A stretch of DNA of 64,000 nt from an uncultured bacterium (GTDB lineage Bacteria; Cyanobacteriota; Vampirovibrionia; Gastranaerophilales; Gastranaerophilaceae), in assembly GCA_949282195.1 (NCBI GenBank), contig CASDOW010000010.1, forward strand, positions 452-64,451, in the 5' to 3' direction. A model generated the notes under the pieces. That model worked only from the letters and a program-made list of their open reading frames with translations. It ran no database searches and was not told the origin of the DNA. This document shows, in pieces, positions 1-9,528 of this stretch. Within the stretch, counting starts at the first letter, position 1, and each line of letters begins with the position of its first letter. A program made the position numbers and the translations under genes.

Positions 1-1166
1 CCTTTTTTTAATAATCCTAATAATTTTGCAAAATTTTCAACAGTTAATTTTGAATTTTCTATTGAAATTTTTTCTTCTTTTAAAAACGCTGCAACTTCAC
101 CCATTAAGAAGTTTGAAGCTGTTTTAGCGTCAACATTTGTTTTTAATAGTTCATCAAAATATTTTGCCATTTCAATTTGATTTACTATAACACTTGCGTC
201 ATATTCGCTTAAGCCTGCCTTTTGGTATCTTTCCATTTTTTCATCAGGTAATTCGGGCATTTTGCTTCTTATTTCTTCAATCCATTCTTTTGAAATTTCA
301 AGAGGCATTAAATCCGGCTCAGGAAAATAACGATAGTCATGCGCGTCTTCTTTTCCTCTCATAGAGGATGTTATGCCTGCGTTATCGTCCCATAGTCTTG
401 TTTCTTGAATTACCTCGCCGCCTTCTTCCAATATTTCAGCTTGGCGAATAAATTCGTATTCTAAGGCTCTAACTAATGAACGGAAGCTGTTAACGTTTTT
501 GATTTCTGCACGTGTTCCAAATTCTTTTTGACCTATCGGACGAATAGAAATGTTTGCGTCTGCTCTCATTGAGCCTTCTTCGAGATTTCCATCGCAAACA
601 CCGATGTATCTTAAAATGTTTCTTAGGGTTTCAACATATTCTCTGGCTTCTTCTGGGCTTCTCATGTCAGGCTCTGATACAATTTCTAACAATGGAGTTC
701 CGGCTCTATTTAAATCCACTAGTGAATAGCTTGAACCATATAAACCTGCTGCGCCCGCATGTACTAATTTTCCTGCGTCTTCTTCGAGGTGTGCTCTTGT
801 AATCCCGATTTTTTTGTTTGAAATTTGTACCCAACCGCCAAGGCATATTGGCTCATCATATTGAGAAATTTGATAGCCTTTTGGCAAATCGGGGTAAAAA
901 TATTGTTTTCTGTCAAACTTACAACGGCTTGGAATGGTAGAATGTAGTGCTAGACCTGTTAAAATACCCATATTTACACATTCTTTATTTAAGACAGGTA
1001 AAACCCCCGGTAATCCTAATGTGATTGTTCCTGTTTCGGTGTTCGGGTCTTTTCCGAATTCACAGCCTTCTCTGCCAAAGATTTTGCTATTTGTTTTAAG
1101 TTGAGCATGGACTTCAAGACCGATAACCATTTCATATTTATCTTTGTAAGTTGATGTTTCTGACAT
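1..1166 (-). CDS. gatB: Asp-tRNA(Asn)/Glu-tRNA(Gln) amidotransferase subunit B (GatB), C-terminal part cut off by window edge
   Basis: Not in the ORF track because it runs off the edge. My reverse-strand translation from ATG 1166-1164 gives MSETSTYKDKYEMVIGLEVHAQLKTNSKIF...KFDRKQYFYPDLPKGYQISQYDEPI...EEGSMRADANISIRP...YRYFPEPDL, typical GatB motifs. AAGGAG SD at 1177-1172. Confidence 0.93.
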   Translation of the reverse strand, partial: MSETSTYKDKYEMVIGLEVHAQLKTNSKIFGREGCEFGKDPNTETGTITLGLPGVLPVLNKECVNMGILTGLALHSTIPSRCKFDRKQYFYPDLPKGYQISQYDEPICLGGWVQISNKKIGITRAHLEEDAGKLVHAGAAGLYGSSYSLVDLNRAGTPLLEIVSEPDMRSPEEAREYVETLRNILRYIGVCDGNLEEGSMRADANISIRPIGQKEFGTRAEIKNVNSFRSLVRALEYEFIRQAEILEEGGEVIQETRLWDDNAGITSSMRGKEDAHDYRYFPEPDLMPLEISKEWIEEIRSKMPELPDEKMERYQKAGLSEYDASVIVNQIEMAKYFDELLKTNVDAKTASNFLMGEVAAFLKEEKISIENSKLTVENFAKLLGLLKK

Positions 1167-1311
1167 TTTATCTCCTTGGAATTTTGATTTTGATATAATT
1201 TTATCATAAACAAATATTGTTTTTATTCAATCTTAATATTTTTTAAAAGCGTAAGCAATTTTTTTTAAATAAATGTTTTTTATAATATGTGGACTGTAAT
1301 AAGGGAATATT

Positions 1312-2031
1312 ATGCAACAATATCCGATAAATCCGACTTATCAAAATACTGCACAGGTTCCGCCTCAAGGACCCAATGCTGTTAGTATTAACATATATTC
1401 GCCTCAAGCATATGCTCAAGCTCCGAATTGCACTTCAAATCCTTGTCAAAATCAAGGATTTTATCCGATGTATGGTCAAAACATGAATCCTAATTTGCCT
1501 TTGTATCCTGCAAATTATAATAACATGATTAATCAGCAACCCTACATGCCAATTCAAAGCAATTTAAATTCAAATGCACCCGCAAATTTAACAGGTAAAA
1601 CAGACAATAATACAAAAGAAACAGATTCTAAAGAAAACTCTAAAAATGAAGAAGCTAAGTCTATTGTCCCATTGACGGATGATTATATTAAATCTTTGGA
1701 AAATTATTTAAATGATTCAAATCCAAAGGTTCGTTTGATTGCAGCAAAAGACATAATGCAAAGATTTAAAGAGGATGAAAACCGAAAAGATAATCCAAGT
1801 TTAATTCCTTTGTTGAATAAAATCTTAAAAGACCCTTCTTCAATGGTTAGATTTTTAGGCTTGGTAACATTGCAATTGGGTTATAGTGTTGGTAATGAAG
1901 AAACAGTTCAATTATTAAAACAAATTCAAAGCCAAAATACAGATAAAATCGGTGAAGATCAATTATTGGCTTCCGAAATCCTTTTAAAATTGGCAGCACC
2001 GGAAGCACAAGAAGTAAAACAAGGTAAATAA
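1312..2031 (+). CDS. Hypothetical protein: Q/N/P/Y-rich low-complexity N-terminus plus C-terminal HEAT-like repeats
   Basis: ORF track 239 aa. AAGGGA SD upstream. HEAT/PBS-lyase-like repeat signatures NPKVRLIAAKDIMQRF and DPSSMVRFLGLVTLQLG. N-terminal motif GPNAVSINIYSPQAYA is shared with the 2569 gene. Confidence 0.75.
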   Translation: MQQYPINPTYQNTAQVPPQGPNAVSINIYSPQAYAQAPNCTSNPCQNQGFYPMYGQNMNPNLPLYPANYNNMINQQPYMPIQSNLNSNAPANLTGKTDNNTKETDSKENSKNEEAKSIVPLTDDYIKSLENYLNDSNPKVRLIAAKDIMQRFKEDENRKDNPSLIPLLNKILKDPSSMVRFLGLVTLQLGYSVGNEETVQLLKQIQSQNTDKIGEDQLLASEILLKLAAPEAQEVKQGK

Positions 2032-2033
2032 AA

Positions 2034-2465
2034 ATGACATTAATTTCAAAAGCAGCAGGTGGTTTAAGTATATTCTCTTGTTTAAGAGATATGCACAAGA
2101 CTGCTGTTTTGACTTCTAATAACGCATATGCAAAAGCTTCGGCTGATACTTTTGTTGAATGTGCTATAGCTTCTCAAAAAACCGAAAAAATTTCATATAA
2201 AGACGCTGAAAGAAAAAATTGGTTATTAAAAAATAACTTTATGGGCGGATTAAATGAAACATTTGGACGAATAGGCGGATATTGTAGGGGATTTTTTACA
2301 ACAGGCGTTCGTTATATACCAAATTTTATATTTAGTTTAGGTGCAATTATACCTAAAAATAAAGTTGTTTCTTCCATATCTACGGTTGGCCTTGCTATGG
2401 TTGAAATATGGGATTTTATTAAAAATTCTTCAGGAATTTTTGAAAGGACAGATTATTTAAAATAA
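2034..2465 (+). CDS. Hypothetical small protein (possible member of the paralog family described in findings)
   Basis: 143-aa ORF starting 2 nt after the stop of the upstream gene (tight coupling). Hydrophobic C-terminal segment. No family recognised. Confidence 0.6.
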   Translation: MTLISKAAGGLSIFSCLRDMHKTAVLTSNNAYAKASADTFVECAIASQKTEKISYKDAERKNWLLKNNFMGGLNETFGRIGGYCRGFFTTGVRYIPNFIFSLGAIIPKNKVVSSISTVGLAMVEIWDFIKNSSGIFERTDYLK

Positions 2466-2568
2466 AATAATTTTAAAAAATGTTAAGAAAAAATAAAATT
2501 GATAGCAATTTATTAAATTCACATGTGTTGTATAGAACGTGTGGAGATTACACAAAAAGGAGAAATCA

Positions 2569-3750
2569 ATGATTCAACCCACAAATGCTCAACAAATATA
2601 CCCACAACCTACGGGTGGAGCAAACGCAGTAAGCATTAACATATATAACCCGACAGCTTATGGCTCAACACCTCAATCAGGCACTCAAAGTGTTCCGTAT
2701 AATTATCAAAATTCATTATATCAAATGCCTCAAACATCAGCATATCAACAACAAGTAATGCCGAGCGCATATCAACAATTTATGCCGATGCAAAATCCAA
2801 TGGTGCAACAAGCGGTAGTTCCTCAACAACCGATTGTATTCCAACCGGCTCAAGCAGATATGACACAAACATTAGAAGCTCCGGCTCCTCAAATGATGCC
2901 AGAGAGTGTTATGACACAACCTCAACAACCTCAAATTGTTGAACAACAACCACAACCGGTTGAGCAACAACCTCAAACTCAAGCAGTTGGGCAACAACCT
3001 CAAGTTGAAGCAACAACTCCTCAAGAAGTTCCAATGACAATTAATACTGATGAGTTAATTCAACAATTAAAAGACGCTGATGCAGATAAAAGAGCAGCTG
3101 CAATTAATCAATTAGCTGCTTATGCTCAAGCAGAACCGAAAGTTGCGCTACAAGTTGTATCTGAACCTGTAATGAATGCATTAGTTGACGTAATTAAAGA
3201 AGATACAAGCAATCTTGAAGGTCCGACAGATAAACAAATTGCTGTAGCTGAAAAAATCACAAAAGGTGAAAAATTAACTCCTGAAGAAGAAGCTTTATCA
3301 GAACAATTATCTCCAAGAGATAAAGCAAATAAAAACAGAATTTTTGCCCTATATACATTAGCAATGATTCAAAAACTTCAAAGAGATGAATTAAATCAAT
3401 ATATTGAAATGCAAAAAGCAAACGGTGAAAAACCAATCGCTCCTTTGACTTTAAATGATTTAGTAGGTTTTAATGAAGTTGTAAATGTAATTAACAATGA
3501 TTCAAGACCTGAAGTTAAGGTTGCAGCTATCCAAGCTCTTCAATATGTTGCTGAACCTCAAGATAAAGAAAATGTTAAACAAATTTTAGCACAATCTTTA
3601 AACTCAGGCGATGAAGCAGTTAAAGCAGTAGCAGATGAAACAATGGCTAAATTTGATAACACAATCAATTTCGAAACTGCTCAAGCCCAAAATGCCGATA
3701 ATGCAATAAAATTTGAACCGGCACAACAACAAGCAAATACTGCTGCATAG
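2569..3750 (+). CDS. Hypothetical protein: Q/P-rich low-complexity N-terminal half plus HEAT-like repeats
   Basis: The track ORF starts at GTG 2539. ATG 2569 is preceded by AAAGGAG (2556-2562), so it is the likelier start (MIQPTNAQQ...). HEAT-like signatures DADKRAAAINQLAAYA and RPEVKVAAIQALQYV. Paralog of 1312..2031. Confidence 0.75.
   Translation: MIQPTNAQQIYPQPTGGANAVSINIYNPTAYGSTPQSGTQSVPYNYQNSLYQMPQTSAYQQQVMPSAYQQFMPMQNPMVQQAVVPQQPIVFQPAQADMTQTLEAPAPQMMPESVMTQPQQPQIVEQQPQPVEQQPQTQAVGQQPQVEATTPQEVPMTINTDELIQQLKDADADKRAAAINQLAAYAQAEPKVALQVVSEPVMNALVDVIKEDTSNLEGPTDKQIAVAEKITKGEKLTPEEEALSEQLSPRDKANKNRIFALYTLAMIQKLQRDELNQYIEMQKANGEKPIAPLTLNDLVGFNEVVNVINNDSRPEVKVAAIQALQYVAEPQDKENVKQILAQSLNSGDEAVKAVADETMAKFDNTINFETAQAQNADNAIKFEPAQQQANTAA
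2917..3024 (+). repeat. Degenerate in-frame tandem repeat encoding (V)EQQPQ-type units
   Basis: The DNA repeats caacaacc(t/a)ca(a/g) units. The protein reads QPQQPQIVEQQPQPVEQQPQTQAVGQQPQVEATTPQ. Confidence 0.6.
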
Positions 3751-3780
3751 TAAAAACAAAAAAGCATTAAGTGGGAAATA

Positions 3781-3809
3781 AAAGACCTGATTTTAAATCA
3801 GGTCTTTTT
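3781..3809. terminator. Bidirectional intrinsic terminator between convergent genes
   Basis: Perfect 11-bp stem AAAGACCTGAT/ATCAGGTCTTT with a 5-nt loop. A-run upstream and T-run downstream. Overlaps the TGA stop of the slt-like gene. Confidence 0.8.
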
Positions 3810-5816
3810 ATGTGGTTTAATTTTAATTGAATATATATTCACATATGCCCAATATGAGGACAAGATTTTTTTAATATAGTTTTTTGTTTCTAAATAAGGT
3901 ATATTTTCAATAAAAACATCTATTTCATCTGATGTTATTTTTGGATTATTGAGCCATTTGTCAATATTTCCGGGGCCGGCATTATAAGCTAAAATTGCAA
4001 GATATTCATTTCCTTTAAAATATTTAATCAGATAATTAAAATATTTCATTCCTATTCTTATATTTTCGCTATCGTCAAGAAGAGTTTCTTTTGGTATCGG
4101 TTTGTTTTCAATATAGCTTGCAGTGGGTTGCATTAATTGGCTTAAACCTATTGCGCCGACTGAGCTTTTGGCTTCTTTGTCAAAATGACTTTCTTCTCTT
4201 ATAAGACTCAAGAATAAGTATGGGCTTAGTTTATAATCTTTTGCATAATCGTTGATAATGTTTTCAAATAGTATAGGATACATTAATTTTAATTCATAGT
4301 TTGAAAATGATAGTTTTTGTGTTTTTTTGTCATTTTTTTCATCATGTTCAATTGTGTATTTTTTTAGTAATTCATTTTTTGCAAGATTGATTGACTTAGG
4401 GTAATTTTGTTTTTTGTATGCTACCCAAGATTTTATAAATTCATCATTTATTTTTAAATCGTCAATTGTATTGTAGTCGTTGTTATCAGCCAAAAGAATA
4501 AGAAAATTTTCTTTAAATAATTGTTTATTGATAGAATTTATGTTATAGCTTACGATTGCCTTTTTTGTTATCATTTTTTTTGCTTTAGACATTTTTAACT
4601 GTCGTGCTGCTAAAAATGAATAATAGTTTAAAGGATAGTTGTTTATTACCGAATAAAAAACTTCTCTCGCTTGTTTGTTTTTCTTTTCTTTAAGAAGGGC
4701 TTTTCCGTACCAATAAGCAACTCTTGGCGCATCAAGGGAATTGAAATAAATTTCTTTATGAGCTTTGGCAAGTTGTTCGCAAGTTCTGTATCTTTTTTCG
4801 TGGTAATTATACCAAAATACTTCCCATAGTGAATTTGATGCCCAAATTGATGTCGGATAGTTATTGATGATTGTTTCATAGAGTTTAATTGAGCGGATTG
4901 AAGTGCTGGATTCGGCCAGCATATATGTAACTGTGGGATGTATATATGAATTTGTGTATTTTGTGTATAAATCTTGAAGGGTGGTTATTTTGTCGGCATT
5001 TGTTATGGAAATTAATCTGTCTATTTGAGTGGTGATTTCTTTTTCATCTGTTGCGCTGACTTTTAAATCAAGCCCTTTTAAAATGATTTGCTTTTCTTTA
5101 TCGTATTGTTTTAGTGATTTATAGCATTGAGCAATATTAGCCCAGTTTTTTGAAAAACTCGTGTTTTCATATGCTTTTAGTGCTTCAGTGTAATTATTAT
5201 TTTTAAAATATGCTAATGCAACAATTTCCCAATCATCTTTAGTAAATTGTGTTTGAAATTTTTTAATTTCATCAAGGGAATTGATTGCAAATTTGCCGTT
5301 TGGTGCATAAGTAAGATATTCAATATATTTTTCTTTTGCAAGAATGGGTTTTGTTTCTTTTAAGATTTGAGCAAGTTTATATTCGCTTGCAATTGCGAAA
5401 TCACTTTCGGGGTAGTTTTTTTGAATATAGTTATATTTTTTTTGAAGTTGAGTTTTGGAGTTTGTGTTTAATTCATCGCTTAAGTTTGCTTCATTATATA
5501 AAACATAAGGCCGCAAGTTTTTATCTTTTGTTAGTTTTACTAATTCTTTTATTTTTTTGTGTGCTGTTTTTTTGTCTTTTAAATTGTTTGCACATTGAAA
5601 TTCTTTTAATAAAGATAATTCATAAAGTTTTGAAATACGTTTTATTTGCGAAAAATTATAATAGGCATCTTGATAGTTTTCTTGGTTATAAAACATCATT
5701 CCTTGAGAGTAGTATTTTTGCCATTTTTCTTCTTGACTGATTTTTAAAATAACAAAAGTTATTGTTGTTATTAATGCCAGTATTAAAGCCAGTATTATTT
5801 TTAAATATTTCTGCAT
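3798..5816 (-). CDS. slt: Soluble lytic murein transglycosylase (Slt70-like), N-terminal membrane anchor plus TPR-like superhelical region plus SLT domain
   Basis: C-terminal SLT catalytic signature REESHFDKEAKSSVGAIGLSQLM ... AYNAGPGN. N-terminal hydrophobic helix ILALILALITTITFVIL. Confidence 0.88.
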   Translation of the reverse strand: MQKYLKIILALILALITTITFVILKISQEEKWQKYYSQGMMFYNQENYQDAYYNFSQIKRISKLYELSLLKEFQCANNLKDKKTAHKKIKELVKLTKDKNLRPYVLYNEANLSDELNTNSKTQLQKKYNYIQKNYPESDFAIASEYKLAQILKETKPILAKEKYIEYLTYAPNGKFAINSLDEIKKFQTQFTKDDWEIVALAYFKNNNYTEALKAYENTSFSKNWANIAQCYKSLKQYDKEKQIILKGLDLKVSATDEKEITTQIDRLISITNADKITTLQDLYTKYTNSYIHPTVTYMLAESSTSIRSIKLYETIINNYPTSIWASNSLWEVFWYNYHEKRYRTCEQLAKAHKEIYFNSLDAPRVAYWYGKALLKEKKNKQAREVFYSVINNYPLNYYSFLAARQLKMSKAKKMITKKAIVSYNINSINKQLFKENFLILLADNNDYNTIDDLKINDEFIKSWVAYKKQNYPKSINLAKNELLKKYTIEHDEKNDKKTQKLSFSNYELKLMYPILFENIINDYAKDYKLSPYLFLSLIREESHFDKEAKSSVGAIGLSQLMQPTASYIENKPIPKETLLDDSENIRIGMKYFNYLIKYFKGNEYLAILAYNAGPGNIDKWLNNPKITSDEIDVFIENIPYLETKNYIKKILSSYWAYVNIYSIKIKPHKKT

Positions 5817-5822
5817 AAAATA

Positions 5823-5828
5823 ATTTTA
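5823..5828 (-). promoter_or_regulatory. -10-like hexamer TAAAAT, 6 nt upstream of the slt ATG (leaderless geometry)
   Basis: Minus strand reads TAAAAT-TATTTT-ATG. No SD in the 20 nt upstream. Confidence 0.4.
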
Positions 5829-5870
5829 CTTAAATCGGTATTTAAGCTCAAACCTGTAAATTTTTGTAAA

Positions 5871-5906
5871 ATATAATCGATTTTAAAATTTTAAAATCGA
5901 TTATAT
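5871..5906. repeat. 36-bp perfect palindrome
   Basis: ATATAATCGATTTTAAAA|TTTTAAAATCGATTATAT, checked base by base. Lies between the rubrerythrin stop (6021) and the slt start (5816). Confidence 0.9.
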
Positions 5907-6020
5907 AATTTATTATGTATAACCTTTTTTTGGATTATTTTTTAGATTTTTAATTGTATTAATCTAATATGATTATAAAAAGTTATGTGTATTTGCCTTA
6001 TGAGTATGTGCTGATAAGGT

Positions 6021-6563
6021 TTAGTAATTAGTATCTTTAATAAAGAAATATGCTTTAGGATGAGCGCAAACAGGGCATACTTCGGGAGCTTCTTTGCCTT
6101 CTAGGACAAATCCGCAGTTAGCACATTCCCAATTTTGTTTTTCATCTTTCTTAAAGACTTCATTGTTTTCAAGGTTTTCAAGAAGTTTTTTATAGCGTTG
6201 TTCGTGATGATTTTCAATTGTTGCAACACCTCTAAAAAGTCTTGCGATTTCATCAAAACCTTCTTCTTCGGCAATTCGAGCAAACTCCGGATACATTGAA
6301 GTGTGTTCATAGTTTTCGCCTTGAATACAATCTTTTAGATTTTCTTCGGTTGATTTAATTACGCCGCCTGATAAAATTTTAAACCAAAGTTTAGCATGTT
6401 CTTTTTCGTTGTTGGCAGTATTTTCAAAAATTTGAGCTATTTGAACATAACCTTCTTTTTTGGCTTTTGATGAATAATAGGTGTATTTGTTTCTTGCTTG
6501 AGATTCACCGGCAAATGCCGCCCATAAATTTTTCTCTGTTTGAGTACCTTTTAAATCTTTCAT
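6021..6563 (-). CDS. rbr: Rubrerythrin
   Basis: N-terminal ferritin-like diiron domain ([19 protein letters not shown]...EKEHAKLW...ENHHEQRY) and C-terminal rubredoxin-like CANCG...CPVC. AAGGAG SD. Confidence 0.93.
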   Translation of the reverse strand: MKDLKGTQTEKNLWAAFAGESQARNKYTYYSSKAKKEGYVQIAQIFENTANNEKEHAKLWFKILSGGVIKSTEENLKDCIQGENYEHTSMYPEFARIAEEEGFDEIARLFRGVATIENHHEQRYKKLLENLENNEVFKKDEKQNWECANCGFVLEGKEAPEVCPVCAHPKAYFFIKDTNY

Positions 6564-6567
6564 CTTA

Positions 6568-9381
6568 TTACTCCTTTATTGCATTTTCACAGTCTTTACA
6601 GATACCGTCTTTGTTTAATTCTCTATATTTCCAGCAGCGAGCGCATTTTTCGCCTTTTGCTTTTAATACTTTAACTGTGTATTCGTCTTGAGAATATTCA
6701 TTTAGGATATCTTCATTGTTTTCATTTGAAGTGTAAACATGAGATACAATATATAAATCGCCCAATAGTTTAGAATACTTGTCTAAAAGCATAATTTTTT
6801 CTTTATCTGTTGAGGTGATAACGATATCTGCTTCAAGAGATGAACCGATAATTTTAGGGTCAGATGAGCGCAAAGGTTCAATTGCTTTTGAAACGATTTC
6901 CCTTGTTTTTAAGAGTTTTGAAAATTCTTCATCAAGACTTTCATTAATCCATTCAGGCTTAACTTTTGCCCAAGGTGTTAAAAGAGCAGATTTGCATTCT
7001 TTTTGATTTTCAGGCATGTTTTGCCAAATATCTTCAGCTTGATGTGGCATAACAGGAACTAATATGCTGATTAATGTATGCAAAATTTCATACATAACAG
7101 TTTGACAAGCTCTTCTTGATAGAGATTTTTTGCCTTGGGTATATAATCTATCTTTTACGATGTCAAGATAGAATGAGCTTAAATCTGTGCTTGCGAAATT
7201 TTGCAAGTGTTGGAAGTATTTATAAAACTCGTAAGTTTCAAATGCGCTATCAACATTTTGGATTAATTGAGCAAGTCTTGATAGAGCAAATTTGTCAATT
7301 TCTTCAAGATTGTCATATTCAACATAATCTTTTTTAGGGTCAAAATCATATAAATTTCCCAATAAAAATCTTATTGTATTTCTTGTTTTTTTGAATACTT
7401 CAACAAGCTGTTTGATTAAATTATCGCCGATTTTAACGTCGTTTCTGTAATCAACGCTTGCTGCCCAAAGTCTTAATACGTCTGCGCCATAAACTTTAAT
7501 TACTTCTTGGGGGGCAACGATATTGCCTAATGATTTAGACATTTTTCTGCCTTCGCCGTCTAATACAAAGCCATGGGTTAAGACTGATTTATATGGAGCT
7601 GTATTATCCGTTGCGCTTGCAATTAATAAAGATGATTGGAACCAGCCTCTATGCTGGTCAGAGCCTTCTAAATACATATCAACAGGTATAACAGGGCTTC
7701 CGTCAGTTTGAAATTCATTTTTTCTTGCCTTAACAACAGCATCCCAAGACGCACCTGAATCAAACCAAACATCCATGATATCATTTTCTTTTTCGAATTC
7801 ATTACATCCGCATTCGCATTTATAGCCTTCAGGTAAAAAGTCTTTAGCTTCATATTTTACCCAAGCGTCAGAGGATTCATTTTTGAATTTTTCAGAGATT
7901 AATTTGATTGTTTCATCATTGATGATTGGTTTTTTGCATTTTTTGCAATATAAAATAGGAATAGGTACACCCCAAGCACGTTGTCTTGAAATACACCATT
8001 CAGAGCGGTTTTCAACCATGTTTGAAATTCTTTTTTCGCCTGAAGCGGGGAACCAATCTACTTTTTTAATGTTTTCTAAGACGTTATCTTTGAACATTGA
8101 AACTTTTACAAACCATTGAGGAGTAGAACGATACATTACAGGGTTTTTACATCTCCAGCAATGAGGATATGAGTGCATAATTTCTTGTGATTTAATTAGG
8201 GCACCTTTTTCTTTTAATCTGTCTATAACGATTTTATTTCCTTTATAATACGGAACACCCTCTAAATCTTCTACTTCATTTGTCCAGCAGCCTTTTGAAT
8301 CAAATGGAGAGAATGTTTCAAGACCATATTTTTGTCCAACTTCCCAGTCTTCAAGACCATGACCTGGGGCAGTGTGAACTGAACCTGTACCAGCGTCTAA
8401 GGTAACGTGATCACCTAAAATCAAAAGAGAGTCTTTATTGTATAGTGGGTGTTTAGCTTTAAAATATTCAAATTCTGAACCTTTAAGCTCACCCAATTTT
8501 TTAACATTTTCCCATTCAACATCTTTTAAGAATGCGTCCAGAAGGTCGCTTGCAACAAAATAATTATTTCCTTGATATTCAAAAATTGTGTAGTTAAATC
8601 TTGCATTCAAGCAAATACCAAGGTTAGATGGAATTGTCCAAGGTGTTGTTGTCCAAATTATTGAATAAAGTTTATTGGATGAAGTTATGTTTGCTTTTTG
8701 ATAAAGCTTTTCATAATCTTGCATTTCAAATCTAACATAGATTGATTCTGATGAAATATCGCTATATTCAACTTCTGCTTCAGCTAAAGCTGTTTCACAG
8801 CTTGCACACCAATAAACAGGTTTTAAACCTTTTTGGATGTACCCTTTTTTATACATTTGCCAAAATAGTTCAACTTGACGAGCTTCATATTCAGGGGCAA
8901 TTGTTAAATAAGGATGTTCCCAATCGCCTAAAACACCAAGACGTTTAAAATTTTCTTCTTGTCCTTTTAGATTTTTTGCAGCAAACTCTCTGCATTTTTG
9001 TCTTAATTCTTGAGGCGTTAAGGCATTTCTGCCGCCTTTAATGTTTTTTACAACAGCGTTTTCAATTGGAAGCCCATGGGCATCATATCCAGGTACATAA
9101 GGGGTATAGAAGCCTAATTGAGTTTTGTATTTTAAAACAATATCTTTTAAAATTTTATTTAGGGCATGCCCGATATGGATTTTATCAGAGCTTAAATAAG
9201 GAGGACCGTCATGTAAAATGAAACTTTTATTTCCTTTATTTTTTTCAAGCATTTTTTCATAAATTTTATTTTCTTCCCAGAATTTTTGAATTTCAACTTC
9301 TCGAATTGCAGCATTTGCACGCATTGCAAGAGTTGTTTTCGGAAGATTAAGAGTATCTTTAAATTGTTTTTCTTCAGTCAT
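6568..9381 (-). CDS. ileS: Isoleucine--tRNA ligase
   Basis: 937 aa. HIGH motif (IHIGHALNK), KMSKS motif (RKMSKSLGN), C-terminal Zn-finger CARCWKY...CKDC. Confidence 0.96.
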   Translation of the reverse strand: MTEEKQFKDTLNLPKTTLAMRANAAIREVEIQKFWEENKIYEKMLEKNKGNKSFILHDGPPYLSSDKIHIGHALNKILKDIVLKYKTQLGFYTPYVPGYDAHGLPIENAVVKNIKGGRNALTPQELRQKCREFAAKNLKGQEENFKRLGVLGDWEHPYLTIAPEYEARQVELFWQMYKKGYIQKGLKPVYWCASCETALAEAEVEYSDISSESIYVRFEMQDYEKLYQKANITSSNKLYSIIWTTTPWTIPSNLGICLNARFNYTIFEYQGNNYFVASDLLDAFLKDVEWENVKKLGELKGSEFEYFKAKHPLYNKDSLLILGDHVTLDAGTGSVHTAPGHGLEDWEVGQKYGLETFSPFDSKGCWTNEVEDLEGVPYYKGNKIVIDRLKEKGALIKSQEIMHSYPHCWRCKNPVMYRSTPQWFVKVSMFKDNVLENIKKVDWFPASGEKRISNMVENRSEWCISRQRAWGVPIPILYCKKCKKPIINDETIKLISEKFKNESSDAWVKYEAKDFLPEGYKCECGCNEFEKENDIMDVWFDSGASWDAVVKARKNEFQTDGSPVIPVDMYLEGSDQHRGWFQSSLLIASATDNTAPYKSVLTHGFVLDGEGRKMSKSLGNIVAPQEVIKVYGADVLRLWAASVDYRNDVKIGDNLIKQLVEVFKKTRNTIRFLLGNLYDFDPKKDYVEYDNLEEIDKFALSRLAQLIQNVDSAFETYEFYKYFQHLQNFASTDLSSFYLDIVKDRLYTQGKKSLSRRACQTVMYEILHTLISILVPVMPHQAEDIWQNMPENQKECKSALLTPWAKVKPEWINESLDEEFSKLLKTREIVSKAIEPLRSSDPKIIGSSLEADIVITSTDKEKIMLLDKYSKLLGDLYIVSHVYTSNENNEDILNEYSQDEYTVKVLKAKGEKCARCWKYRELNKDGICKDCENAIKE

Positions 9382-9528
9382 TTTAATTCCTCGTATATTT
9401 GTTTGTTAAATTAATTATACAATAAAATGTTTTATAAAGTTAATTTAAATAAATTGTCTTACTTTCTTAATGAATTATTATTTTGTTTATGATAGGATTA
9501 TCCATATTAAAGACTTGAGGAGGATTTA

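Noticed and set aside
554-1213. Track ORFs 554..802 (+) and 1016..1213 (-) at the left edge
   Set aside because: Both lie inside, antisense to or out of frame with the clear gatB reading frame (1..1166, minus strand). That frame has diagnostic motifs and a proper SD. The track ORF sequences are low-complexity and have no recognisable family.
9382-9528. Possible T-box leaders for ileS (here) and aspS (46058..46277)
   Set aside because: The ileS leader can be at most about 147 nt, shared with the divergent secA promoter. For aspS a TATAAT lies only about 35 nt from the ATG. Both regions are extremely AT-rich and have no specifier-loop or T-box-like conserved sequence that I could spot.
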